Notes: generated from the letters alone by a model not told the origin. Shown: positions 24,764-39,049, counted from the stretch's first letter. The stretch: 64,000 nt of DNA from Octopus sinensis (GCF_006345805.1 NC_042999.1:131316001-131380000), one strand, 5' to 3'. Program-made: numbers and translations.

Positions 24764-25748
24764 TGATTGTACTGGCATCTGTAATAGAAGCACTTTTGCT
24801 ATTGATGCCTTGTAAAGTATGAAGATTGCTTGGTGTGCTTGCATTCAACCACATCTTTACTATATGTTCATTGGTAGACATCATCAAGGCTTGGGGATAA
24901 ACAGAGTGGTAATTTCTCAATGTCTATAATTATCATGAATGTGGTACCTAAAATTTACTGATTTTCTCTCCATTGATAAGACTGTATTTATTTGGGGGAT
25001 TTACTTGGTAATGTTGTCGTCCTCACTATTTTTAGATCCAGTTTTAACAACATCAGTTTAGTTCCCTTCTTTATGCACTTCTGCAGCTGAAGGTAGTAAT
25101 AGTTGTCTTTGTGTTCTCCACATCATTCTTCTTTATGGTGCTGGTTATATCGCACGTTCGGATGGTGTACCTTCATCAATGATGTACCTCTACTCAACTA
25201 CCAAACTCTCACTTCCGATGACTTGACTCAACAGAACTTGATGTCTAGTCTACTCACGGCTCCAGCTCGCTCTCTTGACGCTTCTCATCTAGCTATCACG
25301 TCCACTATCTATACATATTGAACTGACCTACTTATCATCTGGGGGTGTCCATACAACAGTGTTTAAACACAGATATCAAATAATGTATTTATGATTTCAT
25401 TTAAGCAGCTGTGTTAGTTTTTTTAAAAGCAGGAAAAATTTTCTTCCATCCAATTTGAGCAATGAACTATTGGTACCCATAGGTTATCAAAGCTTCTCTT
25501 GAGGTGACCAAATAACAGAGTCATTAGAATGTCTGATAGGTTACCTTATGCCATCTACTCTGGATTTCTGTACACTGAATTCAAATACTACCAAGGTCAA
25601 CTTTGCCCATCATTTTTTTAAGGGTTGCTAAATAAATTACTAGTCCTATATTGAAGTTGATTCTTCTTCCTTCTCTTTCTGGAAGAAATTGGTTGTATAT
25701 ATGGCTGGAAAAGGATGGTCAAAATTCATGTCAAAAGAAATAATGCAG

Positions 25749-26107
25749 GTAACAAACTGTGGTGACCCTTGTTGTGGGTTTTGTGTGAAATAACTGAACA
25801 AGGAACAAACAAAAAATTCAAGAATAGAAAGGAATTGAAGATGAATGTAAACATGAGTTGCAAAATAAAAATTTCATCTACTACATCATATGTTCGCAAT
25901 GCAATGACAACTATACTGGGCTAACTGAAACAAAAATTAAGAAGAATGTGAGAGTGCACAAACAGCAAATTAAGGATTCATGCCCAAGAAATGTTCCATA
26001 TATTAAATATCTAAGACATCTGAGCAAATGAACAATTCAAATAATTTCCTTCTTTCAAGAAAAGAGAAGAATACTTTATAAGAATTCTGAAACTTAACAG
26101 GAAATAG
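25749..26107 (+). pseudogene. Penelope-like element GIY-YIG endonuclease remnant
   Basis: VTNCGDPCCGFC (Cys linker), NMSC, then frameshift to NKNFIYYIICSQCNDNYTGLTETKIKKNVRVHKQQI (IY..C..C..YIG.T motif). Confidence 0.75.
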
Positions 26108-26324
26108 TCAATAACTAAAAACAAATCTATATGGATAACCCCTTAACACATGTGTTTCAAAACTGAATAATGAAAGTGTTACATACAATACAAAAACATC
26201 ATTCCAAATAGTTTGTGATATTCTTGGTTTTTAAAGACGTTTTTCTTTAAATAGTTAATTGTTAAGAAACCTTTTATTTAAATATTGTGACTGCTTCATG
26301 TACTTTATGCAAAAACATTTTTCA

Positions 26325-26363
<39 letters not shown>

Positions 26364-26366
<3 letters not shown>

Positions 26367-26569
26367 AGAATTCACACAAAAAAAACCAAAAGATGAAGAC
26401 AGGTGGTGTAGAAAACAAACAGATGTATTAGTATAATGCTCGGGAATTGAAAAAGTCTTTAACGTTTCGAGCCCACACTCTTCCACAGAAAGGAACACAG
26501 AAAGAAACAAAGAGAGAAACGAAGAGAGAAAAAAAATGTGTGTAGTGGCTACCGATGTATTATGGCGAG

Positions 26570-26620
<51 letters not shown>

Positions 26621-26827
26621 GGGAGAATTCACACAAAAAAAACCAAAAGATGAAGACAGGTGGTGTAGAAAACAAACAGATGTATTAGTATAATGCTCGG
26701 GAATTGAAAAAGTCTTTAACGTTTCGAGCCCACACTCTTCCACAGAAAGGAACACAGAAAGAAACAAAGAGAGAAACGAAGAGAGAAAAAAAATGTGTGT
26801 AGTGGCTACCGATGTATTATGGCGAGT
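26364..26827 (-). mobile_element. Tandem dimer (2 x 207 bp, period 257) of an HHR-like short element in (TA)n; relatives at 35016-35191 and 40814-40987
   Basis: Apparently identical copies 26364-26570 and 26621-26827; CTGTGGA-AGAGTGTGGGCTC-GAAACGTTA on minus. Confidence 0.8.
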
Positions 26828-26832
26828 ATATA

Positions 26833-26866
<34 letters not shown>

Positions 26867-26870
<4 letters not shown>

Positions 26871-27275
26871 GCATGTTGGACAGCAGACAGGTATCTTCCA
26901 TGGTGTCCATCGAATTGGTCCCCAAAATCAAACAGGGAACAAGGCTACTGGAGTTCTGTGATGCAAATAACCTATTGATCTGCAACACCTAGTCACCTGA
27001 TAACTAATGAATCACTTAACTGTGCTAGCCAGATTGATTACATTCTCACCAGACAGCGGGATGCATGGTTGCTCTTAAGTACAAAGACCCTCCCTGGTGA
27101 TGAATGTACCCTGCAACATAAACTAGTCATTAGTGATTTTAGACTCCAGGTCACAGGGATGCCAAGAAGCAGACCAATCTAGAAAAGAAGGATTTGAAAG
27201 TTTAAAGACTCTTCATATGGTCAGAGATTTAGGGACATCATAATTGAGGAATTTAATGAGAGTTACAGACTTGTG
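26867..27275 (+). mobile_element. RTE LINE endonuclease fragment
   Basis: KQGTRLLEFCDANNLLICNT..QIDYILTR; homologous to 30240-30685 in opposite orientation. Confidence 0.8.
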
Positions 27276-28834
27276 ACAGACTTTGGCTGTATTTTTCTTG
27301 CAGCTGCCTAGTACTAACTCTAACAGTTTCTTTGGCTGAACTGCTATGTTATAGGTACATAAACATATTAACAACGGTTGTCAAGTGGTAGTGAGGGACA
27401 GACACACACTCATATATATATATATATATATATATACATACATACATATGACAGGACTCTTTCAGTTTCTGTCTATGAAATCCACTCACAAATTTTGGTC
27501 GGCCTGAGACAATAGTAGAAAGCACTTGTCCAAAATGCATGCTGTGAGATTGAATTGAGAACATGGGGTTGAGGTGAACTTCTTACCACAGAGGCATACC
27601 TGCTCCACATATATATATATCCATACATATATGCATATATGTCTACACATGTGTATTCATATATATATATATATATATATATGAATATGTATATCTGCAT
27701 ATATAAATCGCAGTATGTGTGTGTATAATGACTAATGTATACATTTCCACAATTCTCAACCGATTTTCATCAAACTTTACACATACATTACTTGTGTTCC
27801 AATGACAGTCATGTACTATGACATTTTCCCCAGAGCTCCCGCGTAATTGAACATAAATGGACACAGTTATTTTGTATGTAGGGTCTTCCATACTTTTTTA
27901 ATCTTTTTATAAAAGTAAAAGGATTTTGTCTATTTCCGCTGTCCACCTACAATGATTATTCAATTGACTAGGAACACTGTACATGATGAATATCCAATAC
28001 CAAACTATCTTAATCTACATATTTAAACTGCATTAAACTTTGGCAAGCTTACCTTTACCTATTCTGAGTTATTTGAAAGGTAATGTTCCCTTCCCTTTCT
28101 TCTGTTTGTTGACATCTTTGTTTACCTTTGATACAGTTGTTTCACTTTAAGGATGCTTATTTACCCATCCATTATGGTATTTCGATTGTTGTCCATTGTT
28201 TCAAATACGTTTTAGCATTGTCGTTCTAGCACTTTTTAAACAATCACATATGATTCTTCCCAAAGAATCAACCTTTAAATAAGAGTTTTGCTTCCACTAG
28301 CGAAAGCTATACATATCTTTCAGAAAGCTCCATACCAATTTAACTTTATGTAACATTTGCTGTTAATTTATGTACAAGCTATGTGGGAAGACAGAATAAA
28401 GGGGATTTTGTTAGCTTATCTCTCCAAATAGCTCCTTTTGCAGCTTAATAAAATAAACTTGCAGAGGGGAAGTTTCCATGTCTTCCTTCAATTTCATTAC
28501 ACCATTTATATGGCTGTTTCTGACAAGAAATTTCGCTTTCATGTAAAACAACTATATTTTGAAGCCATTATCCATAATCTACTCCCAAAACACTTCAGGG
28601 GCTCTACTTTGCATCACTTGCAAACTTATATGTTCTGTGATCATTAAAGTGCAATGACCTCCACATTAACCAGCCTTCAATTTCATTTACCGTTCCTAGG
28701 TTAATTGGAAATATTGATTGCTGTACTACTCATAAACCTTCTTGGTAGTTCAATTATTTGGTGAAAGAAGTACCACCAAAGCAACTTAAACCGTCCATAG
28801 GATGAGTTTGTTTGCTAGTATATATATATATGTA

Positions 28835-31120
28835 TATGTACCTCTTATGCATCCATAGCTTACACTGGGTATATCTTATGGAATTTCTACCTACAACTAT
28901 TTTACAAATCGAGTAGAGCCACCTACCTGAAGGGGTTTGTGATGTGTTTGCCTTCCTACTTACTGGGACATTGGTTTTTGTAACATTGATTCTAAGGTCC
29001 ATTGATTCTAAACCTTGTTTCCACACCTGCAATTTCTTCTCTAGTTCTGGTAGTAATTCCGCTATGAGAGCAAGGTCATCAGCATAGAGGAGCTCCAAAG
29101 GGCAGTCTGCCTTGAATTCCTCTGTTATTGCCTGGAGGACTATGATGAATAAGAGGGGGCTTAGGGCTGATCCTTGGTGAACCCCTACTTCTACCTGGAA
29201 TTTCTTCACTATATTTATTGATGACCCTTACCTTACTAACGGCATCCATGTACAAGGCCTGTACAGCTCTTATTAACCACTCGTCAATCCCCAGTTTCCA
29301 CATCGCCTTTCAGATAAGGGATCGGGGAACCCTGTCAAAGGCTTTCTCCAAGACAACAAAAGCCAAGTATATCTTCGGCTAGGTATTTCTCCTGCAGTTG
29401 CTGTACCAGGTATATATCATCAGTGGTGCTTCTACCTGGTACAAAACCAAACTGCATCTCATCTAAGCAGACTCTCTCCCTAATTAGTTGGGCTATGACC
29501 TAGATCATCACCTGATCTAGCAGTTTGATACCCCTGCAGTTATTTCTATCTAAAGCATCACCTTTACTTTTGTAGCAGTTGACTATGGTGCTGCTACCCC
29601 AGTCATTGGGTATAACTCCTTCATGAACTACCTGGTTTACAATACAGGTGACTAGGCCACGACCCACACTACCAGATATTTTAAGCATCTCAGCAGTGAT
29701 TCCTGATGGACCAGGGGCTGTTCCTAACTTCATATCCTTAATTGCTTTATCTACCAGGGTACTATCTATTCGGATAGCTAGTCAGAATTTGGCAGCCTCT
29801 CCTCCTCCCATTCATTCTCCACATTCAGCAGCCTTTCATAATGGCTTCTCCAAGCCTCTTTCTTTTCACAATCATTAAAAGCAAGTGCACCATCATCCAT
29901 GCAGACACATTTCTCTCCTGTGACATCACAATTTTCTCTCACACTGTCTTACAATCCAAAATACTTCAATTCGTTGGTCCTCTCGTCATTGAACATTGGC
30001 AAACTTCTTCTTTTCTGCTTCTCCCTTGGCTATGTATACCAGTCGCCCAGCCTCCCTTCTGGCTATCAGGTACAGTTCCCTGCTACCCCTACTCTTTCAG
30101 GCCTGTTTCTTTGCCTTGTCTACCATATTATTCCACCACGTTACTCTAGGTCTGGAAAAGACTTTGCACCAACCATAGATTTGGTCTGTGGTGCTCAGTA
30201 AGCTGTCCCGTAGGAATTTCCAGTTACCTTCTATGTCCAAAATCTGTAGCTCCTCCTCCCTCTCATCAAATTTCTCAATGAAGGTGTCCCTAAATCTCTG
30301 ACCATGTGATAGGTTCTTTAGCTTCCAAATCCTTCTTTTCTGGATTGGTCTGCTTCTTGGCATCCTTCTGGCCTTGAGTCTAAAGTTACTAATAACTAGT
30401 CAATGCTGGGGATCAGGTACATTCTTCATCAGGAAGGGTCTTTGTATTTAAGAGCAACTATGCATCCTGCTATCTGGTGAGAATGATATCAATCTGGCTA
30501 GCAGAGTTGTCTGATTAATGGGTTATCAGGTGGCTGTCTGGCTTCCTGAAGTTAGTGTTGCAGATTAATAGGTTGCATGCATCACAGAACTCCAGTAGCT
30601 TAGTTCCCTCTACGTTTTGGGAATCAATTCCATGGCTCCTGTGAACACCATAGAAGATACCGGATAGCCATCTGACATGCCCATTAAAATCTCCAGCCGC
30701 AAAGATGAAGTCAATGCCACTTGTCTTTGAGGTAGCCTGTAGAAGGGTATCATAAAAGTGGTCCCTCTGATTGTTTGATAACCCCCGCTTGTGTGGCGTA
30801 GGCAGAGATAATTGTAGCTATACTGTTCTGCAGGACTAGCCTGAGCTTAAACACTATCGCATACTCTGACTACTTCTATGACTTTACCCATTCATTTCTC
30901 TGCAAGGAGTATGCCTACACACCCTACTCCATCACTGTTACCTTTCCAGAAGATTTTATACCTATGTGCCTTGCCCGTGAGGATCCTCACTGAAGCTCCT
31001 CTCCACCTTACCTCTTGCATGCAGCATACATCAACATGTCTCCATTCATGCATCTTTACAATCTCACTAGAATTACCTTTCAGTGTGCCTACATTGACAG
31101 TGCCAACTCTAAAAACAAGG
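28835..31120 (-). mobile_element. Decayed RTE-clade LINE (APE and RT)
   Basis: VGTVNVGTLKG..DVCCMQEVRWRG; APGPSGITAEMLK..RGIKLLDQ; GVHQGSALSPLLF..LLYADDLAL. Confidence 0.9.
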
Positions 31121-31993
31121 AAAGGAATGTGGGAGGAGGCATGGGGAGGGGAGATGTTATTCAGTGCCTGAAAAGTGTTTTTGTGTTCATTTGATAAATA
31201 TGCTACAACTGTTCTCACTTTTGACCTGTCATCACTCAAACAATCAAGTATGTTACGATTGTTGCCTTTACTGGGGGTAGGAGTAGGTGATAGTTGCGTT
31301 ATAAGTATAAGCATTATGAACATCGTAAAATCGTAAATTCAAGCATTACTGGAGTTGCAAATATAAGTAAATCAATAAAGATAGATAAAGAAGAAGAAAA
31401 TATGAATATCAATATGCTAATGTTAGATTAAGTAGGTGGGAAGCTAAACTAGTTGCATTTCTCTCAGGAGAGGGAGAGGAAATTTCAGGTATGATAGATG
31501 ATACCACCAATGAGTGAGGGAGTCTCTGGTGAGAGAAGAGAGGAACAAGCACGCCCATATACACCCATGCATACAAGAACAAGCACCCACACACCCACAC
31601 ACACAAGACAAGTATCGCCACAGACAAGAACAAATGCACACACACACACACACATGGAACATGCACGCATGTATAGCCCACTTCAATACGTCCATGGAAA
31701 TTAGTGAGTAGTTTGTTGACAAATTTCGAGGCAAGATGAAAGATAGCCGATTAAGTAAGTGGACAGCTAAACTAGTTGCATTTATTCTGAGAGAGAGAGA
31801 GAGAGAGAGAAGAGATTGCAGGTATGATAGAGGATACCACCAGTGAGGGAGTGGGTTTCCAGTGAGAGAAGAGAGATATCCGGTAATGGTGGTGGAAGAA
31901 GAGAGATATGCAGTGTTGGTGGAGGGAGAAGAGAGAGGGAAAAAAGAGAGAGATCGGGTATTGGTGGTGGGGGTGGGAATGGGTGCACCATGA

Positions 31994-32888
31994 ACAAGGG
32001 TTAATTTAGAGAGATGGCATGAAAAATATGTAGCCAAAGAGATTCCATTTAGAAAATTACTTGAAGAATTAAGAAGGAACGAAAGCTGAGGGAGAGAGAG
32101 AGAGAGATTTAGGAAGTTATATATTGAAGGGTCAATTTAAATAATTAGCTTACCAAAGTAGATATTAGTAAATAATACATAAATAAATAAATGTAAATAA
32201 TAATACATATTAAAAAGTGTTAACAGCAAATGGATGAGTGAATAGATTAAAAAACGAGAGAATATCTTAGCTTAGCAATGCATAATTGAGCATCCAAGAA
32301 CAATATAAGTTGAGATTGCATGAAAAACAGGAAGGAAGTATGTGAGTAAAGTGTTTTATAGGTATGCTACGACCAGAAGTGGACATTATGGACATTCCTT
32401 CCTGGGCCGGAGACAATAGCAATGATAGTAGCAGAGAATAGCATAAGGAGCCATAGCGAGTGGGAAGACGTAAGAGAATAGTATGCAAAATACTAAAAGA
32501 AATTTAGCCAACATGAAACCCAGACAGAACAGGCACTGCGAACAAGCAAGGGTTAATTTAGAGAGATGGTATGAAAAATATGTAGCCAACTTGAGAACAC
32601 AGGAGGGGAGGAGAAATTCCATTTAGAAAATAACATGAAGAATTAAGGAGGAATGAAGGCTGAGAGAGAGATTTATGAAGTTATATATTGAAGGGTCAAT
32701 TTAAATAATTAGCTTATGAAAGTAGGTATTAGTAAATAATAAATAAATAAACGTAAATAATAATACATATTAAAAAGTGTTAATCGTGAATGGATGAGTG
32801 AAAAGATTGAAAAACGAAAAATGAGAGAATATCTTAGCAATATCATAATTGGGCGTCTGAGAACAATTTAAGTTGAGATTGCCTGAAA
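31994..32888. repeat. About 335 bp direct repeat pair (31994-32326, 32546-32888); shorter pair at 31425-31540 and 31750-31875
   Basis: aagggttaatttagagagatgg...aagttgagattgc.tgaaa occurs twice. Confidence 0.85.
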
Positions 32889-33499
32889 TATAATATTGAA
32901 ACATAATATTATTTCAAGTGATATCCTGGCTCCCAAAAACGACATTGTGCATGATCTTCATGGTACCATCATTCAACATGTACCAGTGCAATCTACATGG
33001 TAGAAATCAGTTCACATTATATGCTACCAACTATCCAACTGATTTTAAAGTTTCTTTAGGATATTACTGTCCCTCCACACAGTTTGGGATAGCCCATTAA
33101 TGTTTCCACAAAATCAGACACATCAAAGCTCTGCAATTGTACAAGACCAGCCATCAAATTTCTTATACCTCAGGGGATTGAGACACCACAACTGATTGGT
33201 TGTGCAAGAGAGATGTTTTCATGTTTACGTTCAGTGCATTCACCCCTCATCCTATCAGATATGCTATGGAACTTCAACTCCCATCACTTGGCAGTGACAC
33301 TATCTTCTTTGACCATCAACAAGCCTGAGAGATACTCCCTCAGAGTTGGTGGAACTGGACTGATACATTAATGTTTCCTTCATGGTCTGCTCTATGCTGT
33401 ATACTCATGTACTGGGCCAAGCAAACAACTTTTACAAAGCACCAAACAGCTAAACAAGAAATGCTATCCACCCCCAAAGCTCTTGCTGAAAAAAGAAAA

Positions 33500-34602
33500 C
33501 ATTTTCTGTTAGAATTCCTTGTGTTTTATGTGTGGCATCTCAATTTGACTGACCATCCAAATGATTTTGAAGACTGCAGAATAAATGATAATCAGGTGGG
33601 GCACTGTCTGGCGAATATGGTGGGTGGGGCATTGTTTCCCATTCAAACTGCTCCAGCCTTTCAAATGTCATCCTCGCTGTATGTAGCTGAGCATTATCCT
33701 GATGGAAGAACACCTTTTGTCTTGAAACCAAAGATGGTCATTTTTTCTTCTAGTGCTGATTTAAGCTGCTTGCAGTAGATCTCCTTTATTGTTTGGTTTG
33801 GGCTTAAAAGTGCAAAGTGGACTACACCTTTCATATCCCACTAAACAGATAACAACACCTTATGTGAGTAAAGACCTTCTTTAGCTTGGGGTGCTGGTAT
33901 TTCACTTTTCCCTACTCACTGTCTTCGGTGCTTGACATTTTTATAGAGAACCCATTTCTCACCACCAGTCACTATTCGATCCAAGAAAGGTTCATTCATG
34001 AGATGTGACAGCAAAGAAGAGCACACATTCACTCTCTGTGCACGATTAGACTCAGGAAGTTTGTGAGGAACCCACTGACCCAATTTTCTGACTTTTCCGA
34101 TAGCATGCAGGTTTTGATAAATGGCTGAATGACCAAATCTAAGCTTTTCTGCTAGTTCCTCAACAGTTACAATGGGATTTTGTTTCACCAGGGTTTGCAG
34201 GATGTCCTTGCTGAGCTCTACAGATCTTCCAGGATGAGGCTCATCTTCTAGGCTGTAGTTTCTGACTCAGAATTTCTGGAATCACCGATGACACTGGCTT
34301 ACACTTATTGTCCGATCCCCATATACCACATTAATATTCCTCACACATACTGTTGCATTGTTGCTTTTATTGAATTCATAAAACAAAATATGCTGAATAT
34401 GCTCCTTTGTCACTTTCATTACTACTTTGAAAAAATAACTGTTAAAATCGAACAGCACTCTTCAAAACTTGCACTAAGAATAAGGACAAGGTAAAATTAC
34501 TACCTGCTTTTATAGCAAGTTGACGCAGGTAGTTTATCTGGTCTCCCTCCAACTTTTAGTTCATGCAATTGAAAAAACCCACATTATTTATGGGATGACA
34601 TA
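33500..34602 (-). mobile_element. Mariner (DD34D) element, 3'-truncated
   Basis: WVPHKL, IVTGGEKW, HQDNAQLH, YSPDSAPPDYHLF; TIR-like TTATGTCATCCCATAAATAATGTGGG at right end. Confidence 0.9.
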
Positions 34603-35464
34603 ATATATATATATATATAATTTAATGAACACAGTACAAAGATAAAAGCTACTAATAGTTTCATTCATTGGAGACATGAGTCTAAGCAAATTTTTATAAC
34701 ACACCTTGTGTCTCAGAGCAAAGTGATATTTATCTCCATGGATCTCTTGTAGTTGTGGCAGATACTGGTGTCATGCAAATGGCACGTAAAAGCACCGTTA
34801 CACTCTCAGAGTGGGTGGCATTAGGAAAGGCATCCAGCTGTATAAACCATGCCAAATCAGACTGGTGTCTGGTGCAGCCTCCCAGCTTGCCAGCCATGGT
34901 CAAACTCATGGTAGCATGGACAATGGATGTTAAATGATGATGATGATGATGATGGAGTACTTTTTTGTTGATCTTACCTTAAAGGAAAAGTGAACTGTAT
35001 ATATATATATATATAGGGAGAATTCACAAAGAAAAAACAAAAGACGAAGACAAGTGGTGTAGACAACAAACAGATGTATTAGTATAATGCTCGGGAAGTG
35101 AAAAAGTCTAACATTTCAAGTCTACGCTCTTCCACAGAAAGAAAGAAATGAGAGAATATAAAGAATGTGTAGGGGCTAGCAATCTATCATGATATATAAT
35201 GTGTGTGTGTGTGTGTGCATGTGTGTAATATAGTCTCCCTTTTACTCTTTTGCGCATTTCTGTCATTTGACTGCAGCCATGCTGGAGCACCACTCTTAGT
35301 CAAAGAAATCAACTCCAGGACTTATTCTTTGTAAGCCTAGTACTTATTCTATCAGTCTCTTCTGCCAAACCACTAAGTTTTGGGGACATAAACACACCAA
35401 CATCAGTTATCAAGCAATAATGGGGGGACAAACACAGACACAATGACACACACATAAATATAAT

Positions 35465-35518
<54 letters not shown>

Positions 35519-37518
35519 CACACACACGGTGGGCTTCTTTCAGTTTCTTATTTCTTTACTGCCCACAAGGGGATACACACAAAGGGGACAAACAAGGACA
35601 GACAAATGGATTAAGTTGATTATATCGACCCCGAAAGGATGAAAGGCAAAGTCAACCTTGGCGGAATTTGAACTCAGAACGTAAAGATAGACGAAATACT
35701 GCTAAGCATTTCGCCCAGCGTGCTAATGTTTCTGCCAGCTTTCCGCCTTCTTTCAGTTTCTGCCTACCAAATCCACTCACAAGGCTTTGGTAGGCCTAAG
35801 GCTATAGTAGAAGACACTTGCCCAAGGTACCATGCAGTGGGACTGAATCCAAAACCATGTGGTTGGGAAGCAAGCTTCTTACCTCATAGTCACACCTGTG
35901 CCTGAGTGACAAAATTAAAATTATCAACAAGCATGAATTCAAAATCATCACATATCACAGAAACCTGGAAAACATTCAACTTTAAACACGTCTGCATTAC
36001 AGTAAAAATATATGTAAATTTAATTATGTACAAAAAGCACTATATAAAAATTTGCTAAAAGTTAAATCATTAAACAAAAGTAATATTTGCCACCTGATCA
36101 ATGCTTGGTACCTCTGCTAGTATGTATGTGTGCATGTGCATTATATGTATTTTTTCATTTGTTTACAGCTTTCAGTCACTGGACTGTACCATGCTGGAGC
36201 ACTACCTTCAAGGGTGTCATTGATTATATCAACCCTAGTACTTTGTTACTGAATCTGTCTATTTTGAGTTATGTCCCTTTGGGTATAAATATTAAAATGT
36301 AGACAATGTGAGTGTGTGCGTGTGTGCATTATATATTTGCATCTAGATATATCTATATGTTTGAAACTTCTTATATTTTCCTTTGCATCTTTTACTCTGT
36401 TAAGAAAGATGGTGTCAAATGCAGTTTTTAAGTGTGAAAATGTTATATTAGTGCAAATATAAATAGTTATATGCTAACTTTTCAATAAAAAAAGAAAGAA
36501 AGAAAAAAGAAAAATTAGTAGTAATCATAACTAGTTGGACATGTGAAAACTTCACAGAAAACATTAAAAAATGTAAGCATCTGTAAATTGTGTGCTGGTG
36601 ACATGAGAAATATTTCTATATTGTGACACAGAATATAGAAAGAAGAGTAAAATCTATAACTATATAATCCAACAAAATATCTCAGTTGCGCAAGAATAAA
36701 CAGAATTACTATTTGTCCTTAATATACATCGTACATATTCAAAGAACTTTCTTGGTTTAGTGGTATGGAATGTTCTTCTGGTATTCTTTTATTCTTTTAT
36801 CTGTTTCAGTCATTTGATGGTGGCCATGCTGTAGCACTGTACTTTAGTCAAAGAAATCGACCCCTGGACTTATTCCCTGTAAGCCTGGTGCTTATTGTAT
36901 CAATCTCTTCTGCCGAACAGCTAAGTTACAGGGATGCAAACACACCAACATTGGTTGTCAAGCAATGGTGGTGGGGGATAAACAGACAGAAACACACATA
37001 CATAAATTAATACATATACTACATACACATGACGGACTTCTTTCAGTTTCTGTCTACCAAATTCACTCATGAGGCTTTGGTCGGCCCGAGGCTGTTAGTA
37101 GAAGATACTCTTTAAAGTAAAAAGTTGAATTTTGTGTAGCCAATGGTTGGCAACTTTTCTCCACCACCCATTTTTTGGTCTCTTTTCACAGTTGTACCCC
37201 GTTCAAAATGTGCCTGAAAATAAAAAACATAGTCTTTCCTCCCAACTAAAAGACATGAAGAACTATGAAAGAAGGCGAATAAGTACCGGAGGTGGGGGAA
37301 AGAAGAGAGAACTAACACTCAATCATTCTAGAACTCCCAGAATAAAAACATAAATACCTGAAAGATTTTCCCTCTATTCATTACTAAATGTCTTTCCCTC
37401 TTCTTCATTGTTAAAAGTAAAGAAGCTAGAAAAGACTGATCATATTTCAGTCTAATAGTCCTTGTAGATGACTGAGGCTTTCCTCTCTCTGTCTCTACCG
37501 TTTCACTCCTTTACTCTA

Positions 37519-37830
37519 TGGTTAAGATAATGAAGGTGATTAGCCCACAATTGTAAAGTCATGAGTACAATTCCCGGTGGTGCGCTGTGTTCTTGAGCAA
37601 GGTACTCTACTTCACCTTGCTGCAGTCCACTCAGCTGGCAAAAATGAGTTGTAGTTGTAATTCAAAGGGGCCAGCTTTGTCATATTCTGTGTGAGGCTGA
37701 ATCTCCCTGAGAACTGTTATGGTATGTATATCTGTGGAGTACTCAGTCACTTGCACATTAATTTTATGAGCAGACTGTTCCATTGATCAGACAAACAGGA
37801 ACCTCGTCGTTGTAAGTGAAAGTGTGTCAT
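37519..37830 (+). mobile_element. SINE family C (copies at about 10320-10636-, 19330-19530-, 38145-38300+)
   Basis: Shared CAGTCCAC..AGCTGGCAAA..GTAATTCAAAGGG..GAATCTCCCTGAGAACT body. Confidence 0.7.
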
Positions 37831-39049
37831 TTTTTAGGAAGAGTGAAAGAAAAGGAAATGTTCTATATTGTAAGGCAAAAATGCCATGTGTTTAGTATAA
37901 GTAGTGAAAGCTAAGATGAAATAATTGCTATTCCATCATGTATTTGCCCTTGACTCATGCTCAGTTTGATAATAACAGCCTGTGCATCAGTGTTTATCTG
38001 GGGACTTGGCCTCCAGATTGGTGAGACCCACAAATACTGCTGTTAGGACTGGATTAACACCCATAGTGACCCTAGCAACTAAAAAGATTTTCCTGTCCCT
38101 ATATAGGATGTTTTTAAATTTTCTTCCAACTACTTCAAGGTTTATGTTGCTCCAGTCCACTCAGCTAGCCAAAATGAGTTGAAGCTGTAATTGAAAAGGG
38201 TCAGCCTTGTCATATTCTGTGTGAGGCTCAATCTCCCTGAGAACTATGTTAATGGTTTGCATGTCTGTGGAATACTCAATCACTTGCGAGTTAATTTTAT
38301 CCTTGTGTGGTAATGAAAAGTGAAAGTGACATCCAATATTTGCTGTAGTTATTTGTCTTTGATTTAACAATGTGTCTATGTATCAACTTTTCTATTGATC
38401 TATGTATCTACTGTCTCTCTCACTTCCTCTGTGTCCCTCCCCTCTCCCGCTTTTAATTTAACATTGTGTATATGTATCTATGTATCAACTTTCCTTTCAT
38501 TCTATGTATCTACTTTTCTTGTGATGTGATAAACATTTAAATACACAAAATGAACGCCATCACCACTCACTGCCTCTTTCACTCTCTCTCTCTTTTACTT
38601 CCCCTCTCTCACTTTGCCACTTCTCCTGTGAAGTAAGTGTGACACACACCACAGGTATGTACAAAAACAAGTTGGTGTATTAATATTATTTATAATAATC
38701 CACATGCTATTCTCTTAATTCATATTTTTTCTGTGCTTATTGAATATTGATTTCAAATTTTGGCACAAGGCCAGCAGTTTTGGGGGAATGGATAAGTCAA
38801 TTACACCAACCCCAGTACTCAACTGATATTTAATTTATTGACCCTGGAAGAATGAAAGGCAAAGTCAAGCTCAGCAGAATTTGAACTCAAAACCTAAAGA
38901 CAGATGAAATGCTGCTAAGTATTTTGCCCAGTGTGCTAACAATTTTGCCAGCTTGCCTTGAGCTTATAACTACAGAGATGAATAAAGATTCGGTTTACAT
39001 GAGGATTTTTTCTGGTGACTAATCTTGTAACAAAATATACAAACTAACA

